Shown piece after piece: positions 11,855 to 26,285 of a stretch of 64,000 bases of DNA. The stretch comes from Hydrolagus colliei. Its lineage: Eukaryota. The translations under genes were made by a program, and so were the position numbers. The stretch is taken from the NCBI GenBank assembly GCA_035084275.1, contig CM068769.1:2232001-2296000 (forward strand). Reading direction: 5' to 3'. The notes under the pieces are model-generated. The model did not search any database and had not been told where the DNA came from. It worked only from the letters and a program-made list of their open reading frames with translations. Positions within the stretch are counted from its first letter, which is position 1; the number at the start of each line of letters is the position of its first letter.

Positions 11855-13718
11855 GTGTCGAAGCGATGTATCAATTGATTCGATGGGAGCAGTTGAGATG
11901 ATTTGTTGTGTCGGATAGGTGCCTGGAAGCAGAGTGGGGAACAAAGTTGAATACAGCAGCGATAGATACGCCTCTGTATCAGATGACAGTAGTTTCAAAC
12001 CCCACCACCGGATTTGTGAACTGTTTGATAAGGTGACGAACCAACCCATTGGGACGTACAACTAGCAATCTAAATTGCTTAGTTTTGTTCTAACGCAATG
12101 CTGGCAGTTTAGTGCATTTTGCAATGCTATAGCTTTGTAGTTAGAATAGTCAGATAACAAGCGAGACGCAAATTAGTGCATTTTAATTACTTTTTTGGTG
12201 GAACATTTTGCTAATAATAGCAACAATAATAATCTTTTTTTATATTAATAGTATAAAACCATAATCATAATCCTAGTATGATGATTATTTTAATAATCAT
12301 TCTATTTTTATTATTGTTTTTTTTTAAAGATTATGATTTAGCGTGTTTGCGGAGTAAGGAAATTTACTCAAACTTTCGCTCTGATCTGCCTGTATTCGAA
12401 CACATGTCTCAAAGTTGTAAGGCAAGTGCTCTAACCACCGAGATACAGCAGCTCTACTATTTCAGAATGGAACTTGATTGGTTATGTTAGACCCAACTCA
12501 TGTAATGTGTGTCTTTAGTGCGCCATATGCTGGTAGATTAGATCTACAATGTCTTTCCAATTGTAGACATTTGATAGCAAACTTGTTTGAACCGTCCTAA
12601 TATTTGACTGCGATGTGCACTACATTTTTAAACACAATTGATAGACAGGTGAGTGTGACAGCATTCCCCAGAAACCATAATCGGTGAGGTTTTGTATGTG
12701 ATCGAGTAAGTATTACATGTAATAATAATCGTTGGGTTTCAGAATTTGCCATATCACAATTTTAAGTCGCTTTGAAGAGATTTTGAACAGGAGAATGTTA
12801 TTGAATTAATTTCATATTGTGTGGGCGAAAAACGGTAGAAAATGTAGGTCAACAGTGTCCTCATTCGCTTAGTGACCAATTTATTATTATTTTCAGCAAT
12901 CACTTATTATTAATTTATCGTGTCTTATAGCTCATTCCATAGAGCACACGCATTTGAGGCAAGAAAATTGACTTCACTTCTAGACAAGGGGAAAGGTTTG
13001 TGAAGTTTCCTTACCTCACACACCTAATACTATTAATCCCTTGTAAATAACTGCAATAAAGTGGTCGTTTCAATCCACGAGCGTTTGTGCCAGTTTTGCC
13101 TTGTTCAAATGGTTGCCGCGTTTCCCCCACAAAATATAACATCAATTCACTTTGTATGTTTATAAAGCAGTTTCAGGCGCTTAAAAGACATGAAGAAAGG
13201 TATATCGATGCAAGGATTATTACTAGTAGAGTCGTAGTAAAGTGAAGCAGTTAGGCGGAAGGAATGAGCCAAGGGAATTCCAGAATCAGTCTACGATTCA
13301 GTGACCATTTTTTGTGGGAAAATCATTATTTGGAAATACTTACTACTCGGAGTAAAGAGATGCACCAGTCGATCATCAACCCAAATCCTACTTACTGCTA
13401 GTTATATATCGGTGTGTTTAGTAAGAAAACTTGCCTAAGGTTTTGCCATGTCCAGCCCAGGAATCAAACGCTTGTCTCTCTTTTGTGAGACGAGTGATCT
13501 AACCCACTGAGGTTTTTGTTTCCGCAGTTCATCTCATGAGCAAATGATCAAAGACTTGTCTTGTCTTGAGTGCTGGTCGCTGCTGCTGGTGACTTTTATT
13601 TTTGCTTCATACTACAGTATTAAGCTACAGGGTCATCGAAAGAATGCATAGCAAAGAATGTAACTGACACAGGGCAAGGCAGTATTTGTACGATGCTGCC
13701 GTGCAATCTGTCACTGTG

Positions 13719-15013
13719 GTGAGAGTGTAGCACAGTAGTACACAGCGCTGTCAGACACCTGCAGATCGGAAACGGTTAAACTGGTGGATGTATTTGATTT
13801 GTATATCTCAGCAGATAATAGATTGCCAAACCACGTGCCTTTGACTGGATTATCATTGCCAGTAGAGTATCTCCGAACTTTAAACTCCGACTGGCTGTGT
13901 GAGTAATGCCTATACCAGTATAGATAGTAATTGGCTCCAATATTTGGATACGTAAAATCTACAGTTGCATTTTCTCCTTCTTTCTGAACCAACGCCGCAG
14001 CTTTGTAACTGACAGTGTCGCCAGCCTAGAGTTCTGTAATAGAAAAAGAAGAGTAGGTCCATACATTATCCACTATTCGCCTGAATTAGCTTTTCCTGAG
14101 CTTGGGAAATTATCTCGACTTTACCGGTATTATGAATAAGTCATTTGTTAAAAATACAATGATAATAGTTATTGAATTATAGACAGAACGTGATTAATTC
14201 GTTGTTGTTGTCCGAATTTGCTGCACAGAACCTGCTATCAAGCGAATTACAAAGTGTTATTGTGGACGATACAACACAGCCAAACATGCCCAGCAGTGGT
14301 TCACACACAACCGTGATTGCGTAGCAATCTAAATAAGAACAATAATCCTTGCATTTGATACCGCGCTTGTCACGCCCTCTAGACCTCACAATGCGCTTCA
14401 CTTAATATACTGCAAAGTGAATTGAATGTACATTATTGGGCGAAACGCGGCATGAGTTTGCGCACAAACAGTGTCCCCGAAAATATTCGTGATTGAAATG
14501 ACCAAACTATTTTCTTGCGTGATTTTGTTGGGGACGGATTATTGATAGGCGTATGGAGTAGAGACACTAGCCTAATGTTTCGCCTTGACAGACTTAGATT
14601 CGAACACATGTCTCACTCTTGTAACTCAAGACCCCTAATCACTCGGCTACTTTTATTATATTTTTCGTTATATTATTATCGAAACTTTTCGTTTCATTGT
14701 GTACGTTCCTCCACAAACTTAGCTACAAATCCACTGAAAAGGGTTTGAGTGGATAATATATTACCATTTCTATTTTAGTCCGGCAAATGAAAGAAGAGTA
14801 GTCCTAATTACCGCAGGTAAACCTGCCAAATGTTACCACCTGCCCAGAAATTAATCTCAGTTTATATCACGTGTGAGTCAAGGACAGATATCAATTGGAT
14901 AAAGGCCTCCGGCAACTGTTAATGTGCAGGTGGCAATCGGTAGCAAAAATATATCAACCCAACACGACCTCACCTGAAATAAGGTTTGCCAGTCAGGTAG
15001 TCAATAACCCCAT
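13719..15013 (-). pseudogene. TRAV/TRDV: TCR V pseudogene V3 (V1-related)
   Basis: Leader 14974-15013 contains TGA. V exon 13719-14033 has TAG at codon 3 and first Cys changed to Phe. RSS 13681-13718: CACAGTG-22-ACAAATACT. Confidence 0.85.
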
Positions 15014-16089
15014 TGTTGTTCTCCAGCCTCTATGGATATGTCTACGGCCTCAGCTGGCTCATATCCCACAATGCTTGTCGTCACTGGCAGAGACCATATT
15101 CTCACGACACCTGATTGACGTCACAGAACCGTTACAAGAAACAACGAACAATTGGATTGATACAGAGCCAATCGCTGCAGGAGGGAAACCTTCCACTCTA
15201 ATCCAGTTAACAACACAAACAAAGCCCTAATGTGCAGGCTGGTCATTTTATTAACACCATAACAATCTTTCCATTTCTGATAGCGCTATTTTCGTCGTCG
15301 ATATATCACAATGTGCAACAGAGTGAGTTAAGTAGAGTTCACAGAATCATAGATTCATACAATTATACGGCACAAAAGGAGGCCATTCTAGTAGTCTAGT
15401 AGGTGCCGTCTCTTTGAACAGAGCAACTGAATCCGACTGCCCAGCTCTCTCCCCATAACACACCTGCTCTTCCTAATTAATGATCTAATTCCCTTTGAAA
15501 AGCTGTTATGGAACCTGCCTCCACCACCTTTTTAGGCAATGCATTCCAGATTCGAACAACCCGCTGAGAGAACAAAAAATTCTCCTCAGCTCTCCTCTTC
15601 CTCAAGCCCGGTGACGTCCGCCCGACGTGAAAGTCGCTTTATGAATCTACTTCTGTTGTTGTTTACTCAATATTTTGTGAGTGAATCACAAGACCAATTA
15701 TGCACAGCCCTGTCCGGTGAACGATCGTGGATTGACCGATGGCCAACGAATGATCTATTTATTATCATTGTTTTTTGAAAGAATTATTCAAACGTAAATG
15801 CCTTTCCACCTATCGACAGGTAAACATACTTCCGTAGAGTATGGAAACTTGCCTAGTATTTCACTACCGTGGAAATCGAACCCACGTCTCTCATTTGCGA
15901 GACAATTCCTTTTGTCCCCGCTACTGTTGCGTGAGTGGTTGAGCTTCGCTGCCTCCATGGGATCATCGAGGTGTTTGTTTGACTGAAAGATCATACGACA
16001 ATGTAATTCACACTTGCTGTCGTTGTCTCCTTTCATAAAAAGGCACGCGCTGCAGCAATCTACCAAGAAACTATTAGAAACATACTGGA

Positions 16090-16490
16090 CACAGTGATTT
16101 TGTGTTGCAGTTTCTGTTTGTTTCGCAGCACGAACTTCTCTCTCCTCAAACCATTAACCGTTGCCTTCAATCCTCCGTTTCTGTTCTCCTCCTTGTCCCC
16201 CGACTCCACCGCTCCACCATCGTCGGCCGAGGCTTCATTCAATGCGCCTCGAAGCTGTGGAAATCGCTGTGATTCGCCCCACTCTCTTTCCAGTTTCAGG
16301 TTTCAGCTGAAGACCATTCTTTTCGACCGCGCATTCGATCAACTTTCTCCACCTGCCTTGGATCGGGCCCGGTATCAGTTATTGCAAAGCGCTCTGAGGA
16401 CGCTTTAGATAGCGCCCCCAGCGCGGAGGACGCTTTGGAAATCGAAGTTACTGTTGTTGATACTTGTAACAGGAAGCGGCTTTTATAGCA
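16090..16490. mobile_element. L2-type 3' fragments in opposite orientations
   Basis: Similar to the 3' UTR/tail of the 32-35 kb L2 (ttcaggtttcagctgaagaccattcttttcgaccg; gacgctttagatagcgc). Confidence 0.5.
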
Positions 16491-17828
16491 GCCAAAGAAG
16501 TCAGTTACAGAAAGCAACGTTGGCAACTTAAGTCAGTTGTTGTGATCGTACCATTGCTGCGTCATCTGCTGGTGGACTATAGCTACAACAAGTCTATAAT
16601 TGGTGACATTTCTGTTGAATTTTACCATTCCTGTTGAAGAATGAACATTGTGTTTTTTTAGAAAAAAAAAATTTCGTCTTATTTAAAAACATGTGCGTAT
16701 AACGGGACACCCGGGAATCACTATGTTATTTACTTGACAGAAACAATATTGTGTGTTATAGCATTAATAATCCCGCATATCAAATCATTCAGTTACTCAA
16801 GGTTTATTTCAAGTGGGCTGAAATCGCTTTCAGAAGAATGTATTAACAATGAATTGACTTCGGCACTTCAGAATTCCATGGGTTTGAGTGAATCATTCGA
16901 CGTTTTTGTAGTAATAATGTTAAAGATGCATTATTAGTTTTGAAGCGTGTATTGTCCCAGTAAACTGATATGCCAAGCGACTACCAAGTTAGTTGTTTGG
17001 TTTTAGAACAGAGGCGTGTGTATTAACGAAAGAATGCTTTGCTCTTCCATGACTGAACCAAAGTACTCTCATTTGCAAGGCAATCACTAATCACTGAGAC
17101 AACGGCCTCAGGAGTTGGGTCTCTCGACGGCACAAACGCTGATGTGCTGCCAAATATGCAACAGTATTGAGAAAGTTTTGCATCATTGTGCACTATACGT
17201 GATATCAGGTGAAGTGTAAGTGAATGTATTTTTTAGGCAATTGCACAGCGAATTCACGTGCAATGTAGTACATTGAGTCGTCTGGCAGCCGTGATAAGGT
17301 TCTGTGTCAAATAAAAGAATAATTATTATTATTAATTCCACTCTTTCTCGACTTGAACCACTCTATCAATTCTTCAGCTTGTGGTTGTAAATCAGACACG
17401 TATTGCCACTGAGACACAGCGGCAGAGTGAACAGATTGTCGAACAGGTCAAAAGTCAGTCCAGGCCTCTGTACTGAGATTAAACCATTTTTCTCCTTTTT
17501 GCAGGTTAATGTAAAATGGGGCAGGCTGACAGCAGTCTGATTGTAACATGGCTTGTGTGATCGCTTGGTAACACATGGTTGCGTTAGAAGCAGCCAAAGT
17601 GACAGACAATCTCCTCAGATTGTAACGTATAATGATGTGAGACTTTAGCTGACAAGCTGATGGGAGGGGAATGTGGTTTCCTCTGAGTTTGTCTGCTGAA
17701 GTGTCTGCTCCCCGCAGGGCCTCAAGACCTGACCAATATTCCGCTCAAATTTCAAACAGACGGATCGACCCTATGTATAAAATGAAGACAGTTTTTGTAC
17801 GAGCCCTGAAGGGTAGTCAACCACAGTG

Positions 17829-18627
17829 GAGAGACTAAAGGCACAGTAATACACTGCGCTGTCAGAAAGCAGCAACACAGAGATGGATAAATTGATGGAA
17901 AAACTAAATGTCTGTAGTTGAGCTGTGAAGCGGTTTCCAAATCCTGTGCCTTTGACTGGATTGCCACCCGTAGAATATGTCCGGACTATAAACTCTGGAT
18001 GTTTGTCTGGGTAATGTCTGTACCAGAAGAGATAGTATCTTTTTGCAGTGGTGGAGTATGTGCAAACCATATCGACAGTATCTCCTTCGTTCTTAACCAT
18101 CGTGGCAGCTTCCTGACTCACAGAATCGGCGTCACAGAGTTCTGTAATAAACGATGGAAAGCACAGCTAAACATTCATAGAATTAAAGAATCTTACGGCA
18201 CAAACGGAGGCCATTCCGCCCATCGAGTCTGTGCCGGCTCATTGAACAGAACAATTCAATCCAACTCCCCAGCTCTCTCTCCCCATAACTGTGCAAAACT
18301 TTACTCCACAAATAAACATGTACATCTCTTTTAAAAGATACTTTTGCATCGCCCCCCCTACCGCACCCCACCAGTTCAGACAATGCATTCCAGATCCGAA
18401 AAACACGATGAATGAAAAAACGTTTCCTAAACTCCCCTCTAATTCTTTTAGAAATTATTAATTCATCTGAATGTCGAACTGATTGCTCAGTCCACTCAGA
18501 TACAGATCTCCCTCCAACAATCGTTGTTGAAATGGAGCTGACAATCAGCAGCGAAACTGAGTTAGCTCAACGCGACCTCACCTGCCGTAAAGGTTCCCAG
18601 CACTAGACAGACAGCAAACAGCCTCAT
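17829..18627 (-). CDS. TRAV/TRDV: TCR V segment V4, apparently intact (paralogue of V1)
   Basis: Leader 18582-18627. V exon 17829-18141 with both Cys, WYRHYP and YYCAFS. RSS 17790-17828: CACTGTG-23-ACAAAAACT. Confidence 0.93.
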
Positions 18628-19488
18628 TGCTGCTCCTCAGCCTTCGCTGTTGTGTCTGTGACATCGGTTTGCTGGGAACCAACATCAATATGCGTCACTG
18701 GCATATCCCGCAGTCCCTCGTCACCTCATTGACATCTCAATTGCTTTTATATTGTTCATTACTCCATTACTTTCTGTGTTAGTGTGGCGGTGGTGGGTGG
18801 GGTCGTGGGCGTGTGGGAGGTGGGTAGCAGGGAATCCTCCCACTCAGTTCATGGTAACCTTACAATCAAACCTTACAAATGTACAGTCAATTCGCTTAAC
18901 AGTATATATTCCGTGAAGCGCTTTGAGACGTGGATAATCTGTGAAAAGCGCTATCTTGGCTTAATAATCAAATGCAAGTATTCTTCTTATTATTCTAATC
19001 CAATAAATGACTGTCATGAACATCGGATTAGTTTACGTATACACAAATGGATATAGCGTTTTTAATTTCACTCCAAGCAATATTTTCTATTAACTCAAAC
19101 ACTTCCTCCATCTTATAGCTCAATGGCGGTTATCACTTTTATTTAGATTTGTAAAAGTTGTAAAATTACATTTTCATCAATTCGAAGATCTTCATGTATC
19201 TCCAGTGTTGATTCGTGAATTACTTATTTCCTGAAAGATCATTGATTTATTAATAATTATTTCCTTTGTTATAGTTTGTTTAAATAATTCACTACACGAA
19301 GCCATGTGACTTGCTGTAGCACTTGGTTTATTGCATGCGGTTGCGAATTAATCACGTGGATCTTCTGAGTGTCACAGCAGTAAAGTATAAAAGGTCAACT
19401 GAAACGAATGACTTCTGTGCAGTGATTAAACCTTTAACTCCTCTTTGTATGTTTATGTACGGTGGTGTAGCCTGAAGGTAACACTGTG

Positions 19489-19937
19489 CGAGTGACGCCA
19501 CAATACTATGTGTCTGAATCCGATAGAGTCGCAGCCAGCACAGTTACAGTGGATGTCTCGCTGCTGGTGTCCAAACTAGTGGTGAAAAGATCTTTAGCAA
19601 ATTGAGCTCTGAAAGTGTCCCCATCATGATCGCGTCTCAGGGTGTACAGAGGAGGCGGGCCTGGATACTGACGGTACCAGTATATCCAAACTCTCGTGAA
19701 ACCAGCAGAGTAGGTTCATCTCAGGGTCACAGCCTGGCTTTCACTGACAGACACTTCCCTCTGTGATGGTTCAACATTATCTCCTTTCGCTGTCGCTGTA
19801 GCCAGAGAGAACAAGTTATTCACTGTAACGCACACAACAGAGGTAAATCTCCAAACCGTGCTCAGAACGAGAGTAAATTATTTACATAAAAGCACCAAAA
19901 ACATTAAAATGATCAAAGCAATGTGTTTACTCTCCAT
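19489..19937 (-). pseudogene. TRAV/TRDV: TCR V pseudogene V5 (paralogue of V2)
   Basis: Leader 19886-19937. V exon 19489-19795 has TGA at the first Cys and TAG in the YYC motif. RSS 19450-19488: CACAGTG-23-ACATAAACA. Confidence 0.9.
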
Positions 19938-20789
19938 GTTTCCAAGCGAGGAAGTAATTCGATGGGATCTTTTCGAGAAGAGAGACTGTGTCCTGAATTG
20001 TGAATCAAAGCAGAGAGAGGAGCAGTGTGGACCACTGCACTAATGGATACGCCTCTATGTCAGATGACAACAGTTTCGAACCCCACCACCGGATTTGTGA
20101 AACCTAACTAGTCAGATGACGCTCCAACGCCTTGTGACGTAGAAACAACAATGGAAATTTCTTCTTGTATAATTTTTCTACTCTCCTTTATCCTTCCTTG
20201 ATCAGTAACCCCGTGCTCTTGTCTCTATCCAACTGTACGTCGCCTTGGGACGTTCTCTCGACGTGAAAGTCGCTATATATATATATGTAAGTTTAAATTG
20301 TTTGATTTACTATATCGTGAAGCCCTATAGATCATTGGTTAAAAGCATCATATCACAAGCGAGACCCAAGGTGGTGTAATTAACATATTTGATGGAAACC
20401 TTGTGGTACTAATAAATATTATCCTTGCGTTTGAAATGGCGCTTTTCATGACGTGTCGACGCACAAAAGCGCATCATACAATACAAGTGAATTGACTGTA
20501 TACTTTTGGGCGAAACGCTGCAGCCAATTGCGAAAAACAGCGTCCCACAGAAACAGTCGAGCATGGAAATGGATAATTTTATTATTGCATTATCTTTGGT
20601 AGGATTACTATTATCCGTCTGGAGTAATGAAACTTGCCCAAGGTTTCTCACGCACCTACCTGGATTCAATCAATCAATGAATCAATCAAAACTTCCATTT
20701 CTATAGATCATTTGACGTCAAGAGTACGTCGCAAGGCACTGTACAGTTAGGTATGGACAAGAGTAGTGGGGGCGAGATCGGGGCAGGAT

Positions 20790-21200
20790 GAAGAACGTTA
20801 GGAAAGTTGCCTGTATATTTGTGGGCGAAACGCGTCATGCAAATTGCGCACATCAGCGTTCCAGAAACAGTAATAGAATTGGGACGAAGTGAAATGTGTC
20901 AGAAATATGGAAAGAGGAGGTGACGGTTTATGGGGCTGGGGGGAACGAGAGTAGGAAAACCGACGGTGGGTGAAACGCAGCAACTAATTGCGCAAATATT
21001 TTCCCGCAAACAGTCGCGGAAGCAAGTGGGAGAAAGGGTTCAAAGAGGGAATGGAAGGAGAGAGAGGGAAAGCTGGGGTGTGGAACGCTCCGGGTGGACG
21101 AGTGGGGAGAACAAGGGAGTAAGGGATAGTGGGATCGAAAGTTTGGTGTGTGACAAGATCAGGGAGAATCTGGGATAAGAGAGAAGAGGATGGGACTAGG
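20790..21200 (-). mobile_element. L2/SINE fragments
   Basis: Purine-rich reverse L2 3' sequence plus the SINE core (tgtgggcgaaacgcgtcatgcaaattgcgcac). Confidence 0.5.
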
Positions 21201-21451
21201 AAAACAGGGGAGAACACAGGTCTCACACTTGTAAGGCGAGTCCTACAAACATTGAGTTCCACAATAGCGTTTGTGAGAGAAAGGCAATGAAATACATCAA
21301 GTGCAGATTGCATTTTGATCAGCAAAAGCGTCGTGATAGAAGCAATTTCAACTGTAACAGGAATCACCTGTGAGAGCTGCCAATGACGTTAGTTACGGAA
21401 AAGCACATGGCAGTTATATCAGTTGCAGCTGATGTTGTATGTATGTTTAAT

Positions 21452-21465
21452 GCGCCAACTGGTGG
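21452..21465 (-). promoter_or_regulatory. CTCF-type motif CCACCAGTTGGCGC (representative of a co-oriented set)
   Basis: Matches CCASYAGRKGGCRS closely. Homologous sites at 12520-12533, 16559-16572, 29991-30004, 41180-41193 and 48917-48930, plus an independent site at 54092-54105. Confidence 0.65.
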
Positions 21466-22369
21466 TGATAAGCAGCTACAGCAGGTTTCCAATGGAGACA
21501 TTTGAAAGCAACTTGTTTCAGGACTGTCTTGAACTCTCTCGTGATTTCTCCTCCCGTTGAATGATACACATTCCTCTCGTTCGCGGATTCTTCCTTGTGT
21601 TTTCCTAGGTTTACTAGAAAATTTGACTCGTATTTAATCCACAAACTCTTGGCGTATTCGCGCTCACAATTGCGCCATCCAACCACCCACTCCGCCACCG
21701 CCCATCCACCCACCACACCCACCAACCCACCAATTATGTTAATTATTTGACTATTTCCTGTAACAGGTTATATTACGTGACTGAACATTGAGTTCACATT
21801 GGTCATGTTACAGAGTCGCAACAATCAGTTTACATGTATAAAGAATCTTTCCCATTGGGAGGAGTTCCAAAGGCACTTTATTCTCCAAGCAAATTATTTA
21901 TTATACAGTACTACCGAAATAAACAAACTATTTGCATTATTCTGTTTTACATCACGACTAAAATTTGTGTTCTCCCTTTCCTGCATCGCCGAATGGTAGC
22001 ATCGTGTGTTTAGTGTGGACTTTGAATCAAGGCGTTACTTGAACCAGTTATAGGTGGGCAACGTGAACTGAGTTAGTCAGTACTCCATGCCTCATTCGCA
22101 GAATATTCCGAATCTCATATTTTGGACAGAAGACAAAACAGGGAACTGCTTCAGGATTATGTTCATGTTACATCTTTAGCTACAACCAGTCTTCAAGCGA
22201 TGCATGTTTTTTGTCACTGTGAATAACACTGGGACCTAAGCTTTGCAAATTTCCGACTACATTCATCTCTCTTCCCCCCTCCGCCACCCCCTCAATTACC
22301 TCTCCTCACATTCGCTCTAAAAATCGTTCTAAACGACAATTCCTCCTGTCACCAGACTGTTCTGGAACA

Positions 22370-23435
22370 AGCTCCGTCACCGACTATCACTGTAGAACAC
22401 TGTCCAGCAAGAAATCTGCTTAATGGAAACATGAGACGTCCTCCTTACTCCCCGGAGACAGCTCGGAGATTCTGCGGACCGTTCAATACTCCTTGACCTC
22501 ATCTCTCCCCATCTTCGACCTACTAATTGGCTTCCCATCATCCAGACGATCCAACTGAAGACCATGGTCCTCACAGTTAAAGCCATTCACAGCCTCGCCA
22601 CACCCTACATCAGTGAACTTGTAACCTCTTACCTACATGCCTGCCCCTCCGATCAGCAGCCTCTCGCCTGCTCCAAGCTTCCCGACCCAAATGCCTAACC
22701 CTCGGCGAAATGGCAAGGCTTCAGTCACACTGCCCCCAACTTCCGTTCCCCAGTCACTCTGCCTGTCCTCCTTCATGTATCGACTCAACTCTCTCCTCTT
22801 CAATTGACGCAACGCAACACAATGTCTCCCCCCACCACCTCCCCACCACCATCCCCACCCCCCACCACGGGTCCTCAGCTCGATATAACTATCGATCGTC
22901 TCGGGACGTCGTCCTGACGTGAAAGGTGGAATACAAATGTAATTTTATTATTGTTGTTACACCGGGGCTGAACTGTATCTCAACTTAATTTACATTACTT
23001 TACGTCATATTGAACCATGCCTTAACATATATCGGTTGCCCTCAGTTTGGAAAAAGAAATGGATCCAGCATCCACCGCCTTTTGGGAAGAAGGCTCCAGA
23101 ATTCAACTATCATTCGCTTGAAATAAATGCCTCCCGATTTCTCTGCCAACGATTGCTATCACGCCATTAAATTTAACATGAAGCCCATTTCTGCCATTTT
23201 GCCCGCAACCTCTGGAACTCTATTCCAATGTCCCTTTGCCTCGCCACATCACTGGCTTTCTTCAAGACTTGCCTCAAGACTCTGCACTTCGATGGACCCA
23301 TCGGCAAATCTTTATCCCTCCCTTCCTCTCCCCCCGCCTCGTACTCAGCTCGGGTCTGAAGCAGTTGCTGCCCAGCGCCATGGGACGTCCACCTGACGTG
23401 AAATGCGTTATATAAAGGTAAACTTGTTGTTGTTA
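22370..23435 (+). mobile_element. Two L2-type LINE 3' fragments (about 22370-22960 and 23100-23435)
   Basis: Both end in the gggacgtc...gacgtgaaag...ttgttgtt tail. Both are absent from the paralogous block B. Confidence 0.65.
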
Positions 23436-24055
23436 TTCTGTATTCCATCCACTCACTGGTGGAAAGTTTCTCTGACACTATAGGACTTAAGTTATGTTTA
23501 ACCAACATGAACGTGGCTTCTTAATTTTTCAGATTTCCTACTGATTAATTTACCACAGAGAAGCACATGCATGTGACAGAGCACGTGCCATAAAACACCT
23601 GATGAAATGTATTAACAATTATTCTAATTCATGTAATGTATCACATATTCAAGACGACTCAAAATGAAATACACTGTATAGCAACTCATTACATATTGAG
23701 TGGGAGAAACGTGGCAGCCAATTCAGCACACCAGTCTTCCATTGGTTTGAATGACCAGTTGGTTGTTGGTTGTACAGGAGTCCTGTTCTCAAACAGTTAT
23801 TTATATTCTATTAACAAATGACTAACGCTAAGAATTAAGAAGCCAATCGACATCCAAGCGGGTTACTAGTTAACGCGAGGCAAACAGAGGCGTGTGGGTG
23901 AAATAAAGAATGTTTGTGTACAGTACAGAATGCTTTGATCTGCAATGAATCGAACCCAGGTGCGCTCGCTTGCAAAACGAATCCTGTAAACACTGAGCTG
24001 CTGGCCTCAGCATGTGGGATTTTGTACGGCAGGAACACTGATCTGTGCCTCTGTA

Positions 24056-24747
24056 GGGCTCAGCGCACAGTAATATACAGCAGTGTTTGTCTCTGTCACT
24101 AGTGATATATTCAATGGCACGGTTCGCCGCGCTTTATCCAAGTTAGTCGAGAAACGTTCTTTTGCAAATTCTGCAGGATATTCCTTGTTGTTGCTGGTGT
24201 ATACATAAAGGATATATTCTGGAGCTGTGTTGGGATAGTGACGATACCAGAATATATATGCATCGCTGCTGCTTGTAATTGTGTAATTACACAGCAGATA
24301 GGCATATTCCCCTTCATTCACTGTCACAGCAGGTTGGAGCTGTGTCACAAAGTCTCCTCCACAAAGCCCTGGAAACAAAAAATACATCATCATTTAATAC
24401 AAGAGCAACAATTCCAATCATACTTTTGTGTTTCACACGGCGCCATGTCGAGTCGTCGATACGTCTCCAAATAATTCACAGAATAAAATTAGCACAAAAC
24501 AATGTAGTGTGTGTAATATTTCGCCCTGTCCTGCCAGTGAATCGAACCATATTCCTCTCGACTGTGAAGCCAGTGCTATAAACACTGAAATAATGAACAC
24601 TCCAAATCCCGATGCTCTTTTTTGTATTATTATATAAATTATGCGATAAAACATAGGCATTGGATAATACTTTCGGTAACAAATACAGATAGAATGCTAA
24701 CCTAATAAGTTAACGATGGCTACTGCAACATGGATATACATTGTCAT
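24056..24747 (-). CDS. TRAV/TRDV: TCR V segment V6, open frame with non-functional-looking RSS
   Basis: Leader 24702-24747 (MTMYIHVAVAIVNLL). V exon 24056-24368 is intact (YYCALSP). RSS 24017-24055 is TACAGAG-23-ACAAAATCC. Confidence 0.88.
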
Positions 24748-26285
24748 TTATATTCAACGACACTTTTTGCAGAGAGAACGTTGATATTGTAGTTGGAGAA
24801 TGTTGCCTGGGAGGCTGTTAAGATACCGTGAGGAGGGCTGAACAGTAAATGGAATACAGTAGTTGCCGCACACTGTGCGGGAGCAGGTCAGAGGTTTATG
24901 TATAACCACGTTTGTTCATGTCATTCAGCGTCATTTGCTCTGCTCTGGCATCTCGCTCCTCCATTGGTTCTCCTCCAACACTGACATGTCTTTGATGAAC
25001 CAGGTGTCTGACACATGCACCAATTTACACCAATAATTCTGTTACAATTCCTCCAAACACATACATGATATTCACGTAAATGTACTATCTGCGCTTTCCT
25101 TTTGCTTAGTGGTAACAATACTCACTCCGCAAGCAACGTGCCTGTGTTAGAGTCTTGTAGAGCGAAATCTTAGATACGTTTCCTTACTATAACAAAACGA
25201 TTTTGTTTGCCCAGCTATCAGTAGCAGTTCGGCTATATTGTGATTGATCTGATTGTGTTCCAGTCTTAATAATCATTCATAAAATAAGCTGTGGAATACA
25301 ACACTGTTTGTGTGCAATTGCTGTGAACAATTGGCTGCCTGGTCACTACATTTTACAGAGTAGACTATGAAGCGATTATTGGCAAAATCTGGATCGAGGT
25401 ATTCAGTGGAAGCCACTGGGTATGTACACTGGGCTAGAAAATGGCCTGATGTTTTGGCTTCACATTCCCTGGGGCAGCTGGCAATTGGGTAGCGAGGAGA
25501 AACCAGCCACTGGGAGGGTTTCAAAGCAAAAGCGGAGGAGTCACGTGGCGTCATGATTTTCTCAGATGTCTCTGCCACAGTTGGTTGATCGTTTCCTTCC
25601 TGGTTTCTTGGCTACAGCATTTTGGACGTTAAACACACATTTTCTCAGCATACCTCATGCCTGCAAATTGCATGTGGTGCCTTTAATTTCGCTGTGCTCA
25701 GCTTCACATATTAACATTCGTATTTGTAAACCGTATTTCTGAAACATTGGGAAATCCATCTAAATACTTGTGTTTGGAGTATCTACATCAAACCGTGTGT
25801 TGCAATTATCCTTAGTTTTGATATAGCACCGTACCGTGTCTTTGAGTCGTCTCTAAGCGTTTCATGCAATATACTGCAAAGTATAGAATTGGTGTATTTC
25901 GTGGCAGAGAACTACAGCATCGTCTGCCAAAAAATGATGGATCGAGGCACAATTTTTGTTTCATGGAATATTACACGCTGGAAAGCTCTCCACTAAATGT
26001 CTGCCACCCTGGATCCAACTTACTGCTCGGCAGAGAAAGATTAATAATAATAATACTTGTATTTGATATAACACCTTATGAATTCTACGTGACATTACAA
26101 AGTGCTTTACTTGTTGTACAGGCTTGTGAGGTAACTGTACATGTTACCGGCTGTATGTGACAGCCAACTGCAGACAGCAGTGTTCCACAAACGCTAACGG
26201 ATCGAAAAGGCGAGTGCTATATCCAGTGAGCTACAGTAACATACAGCAGCATGTTTGTGTACAGGCTCCTCTTAGACACGCAGCG

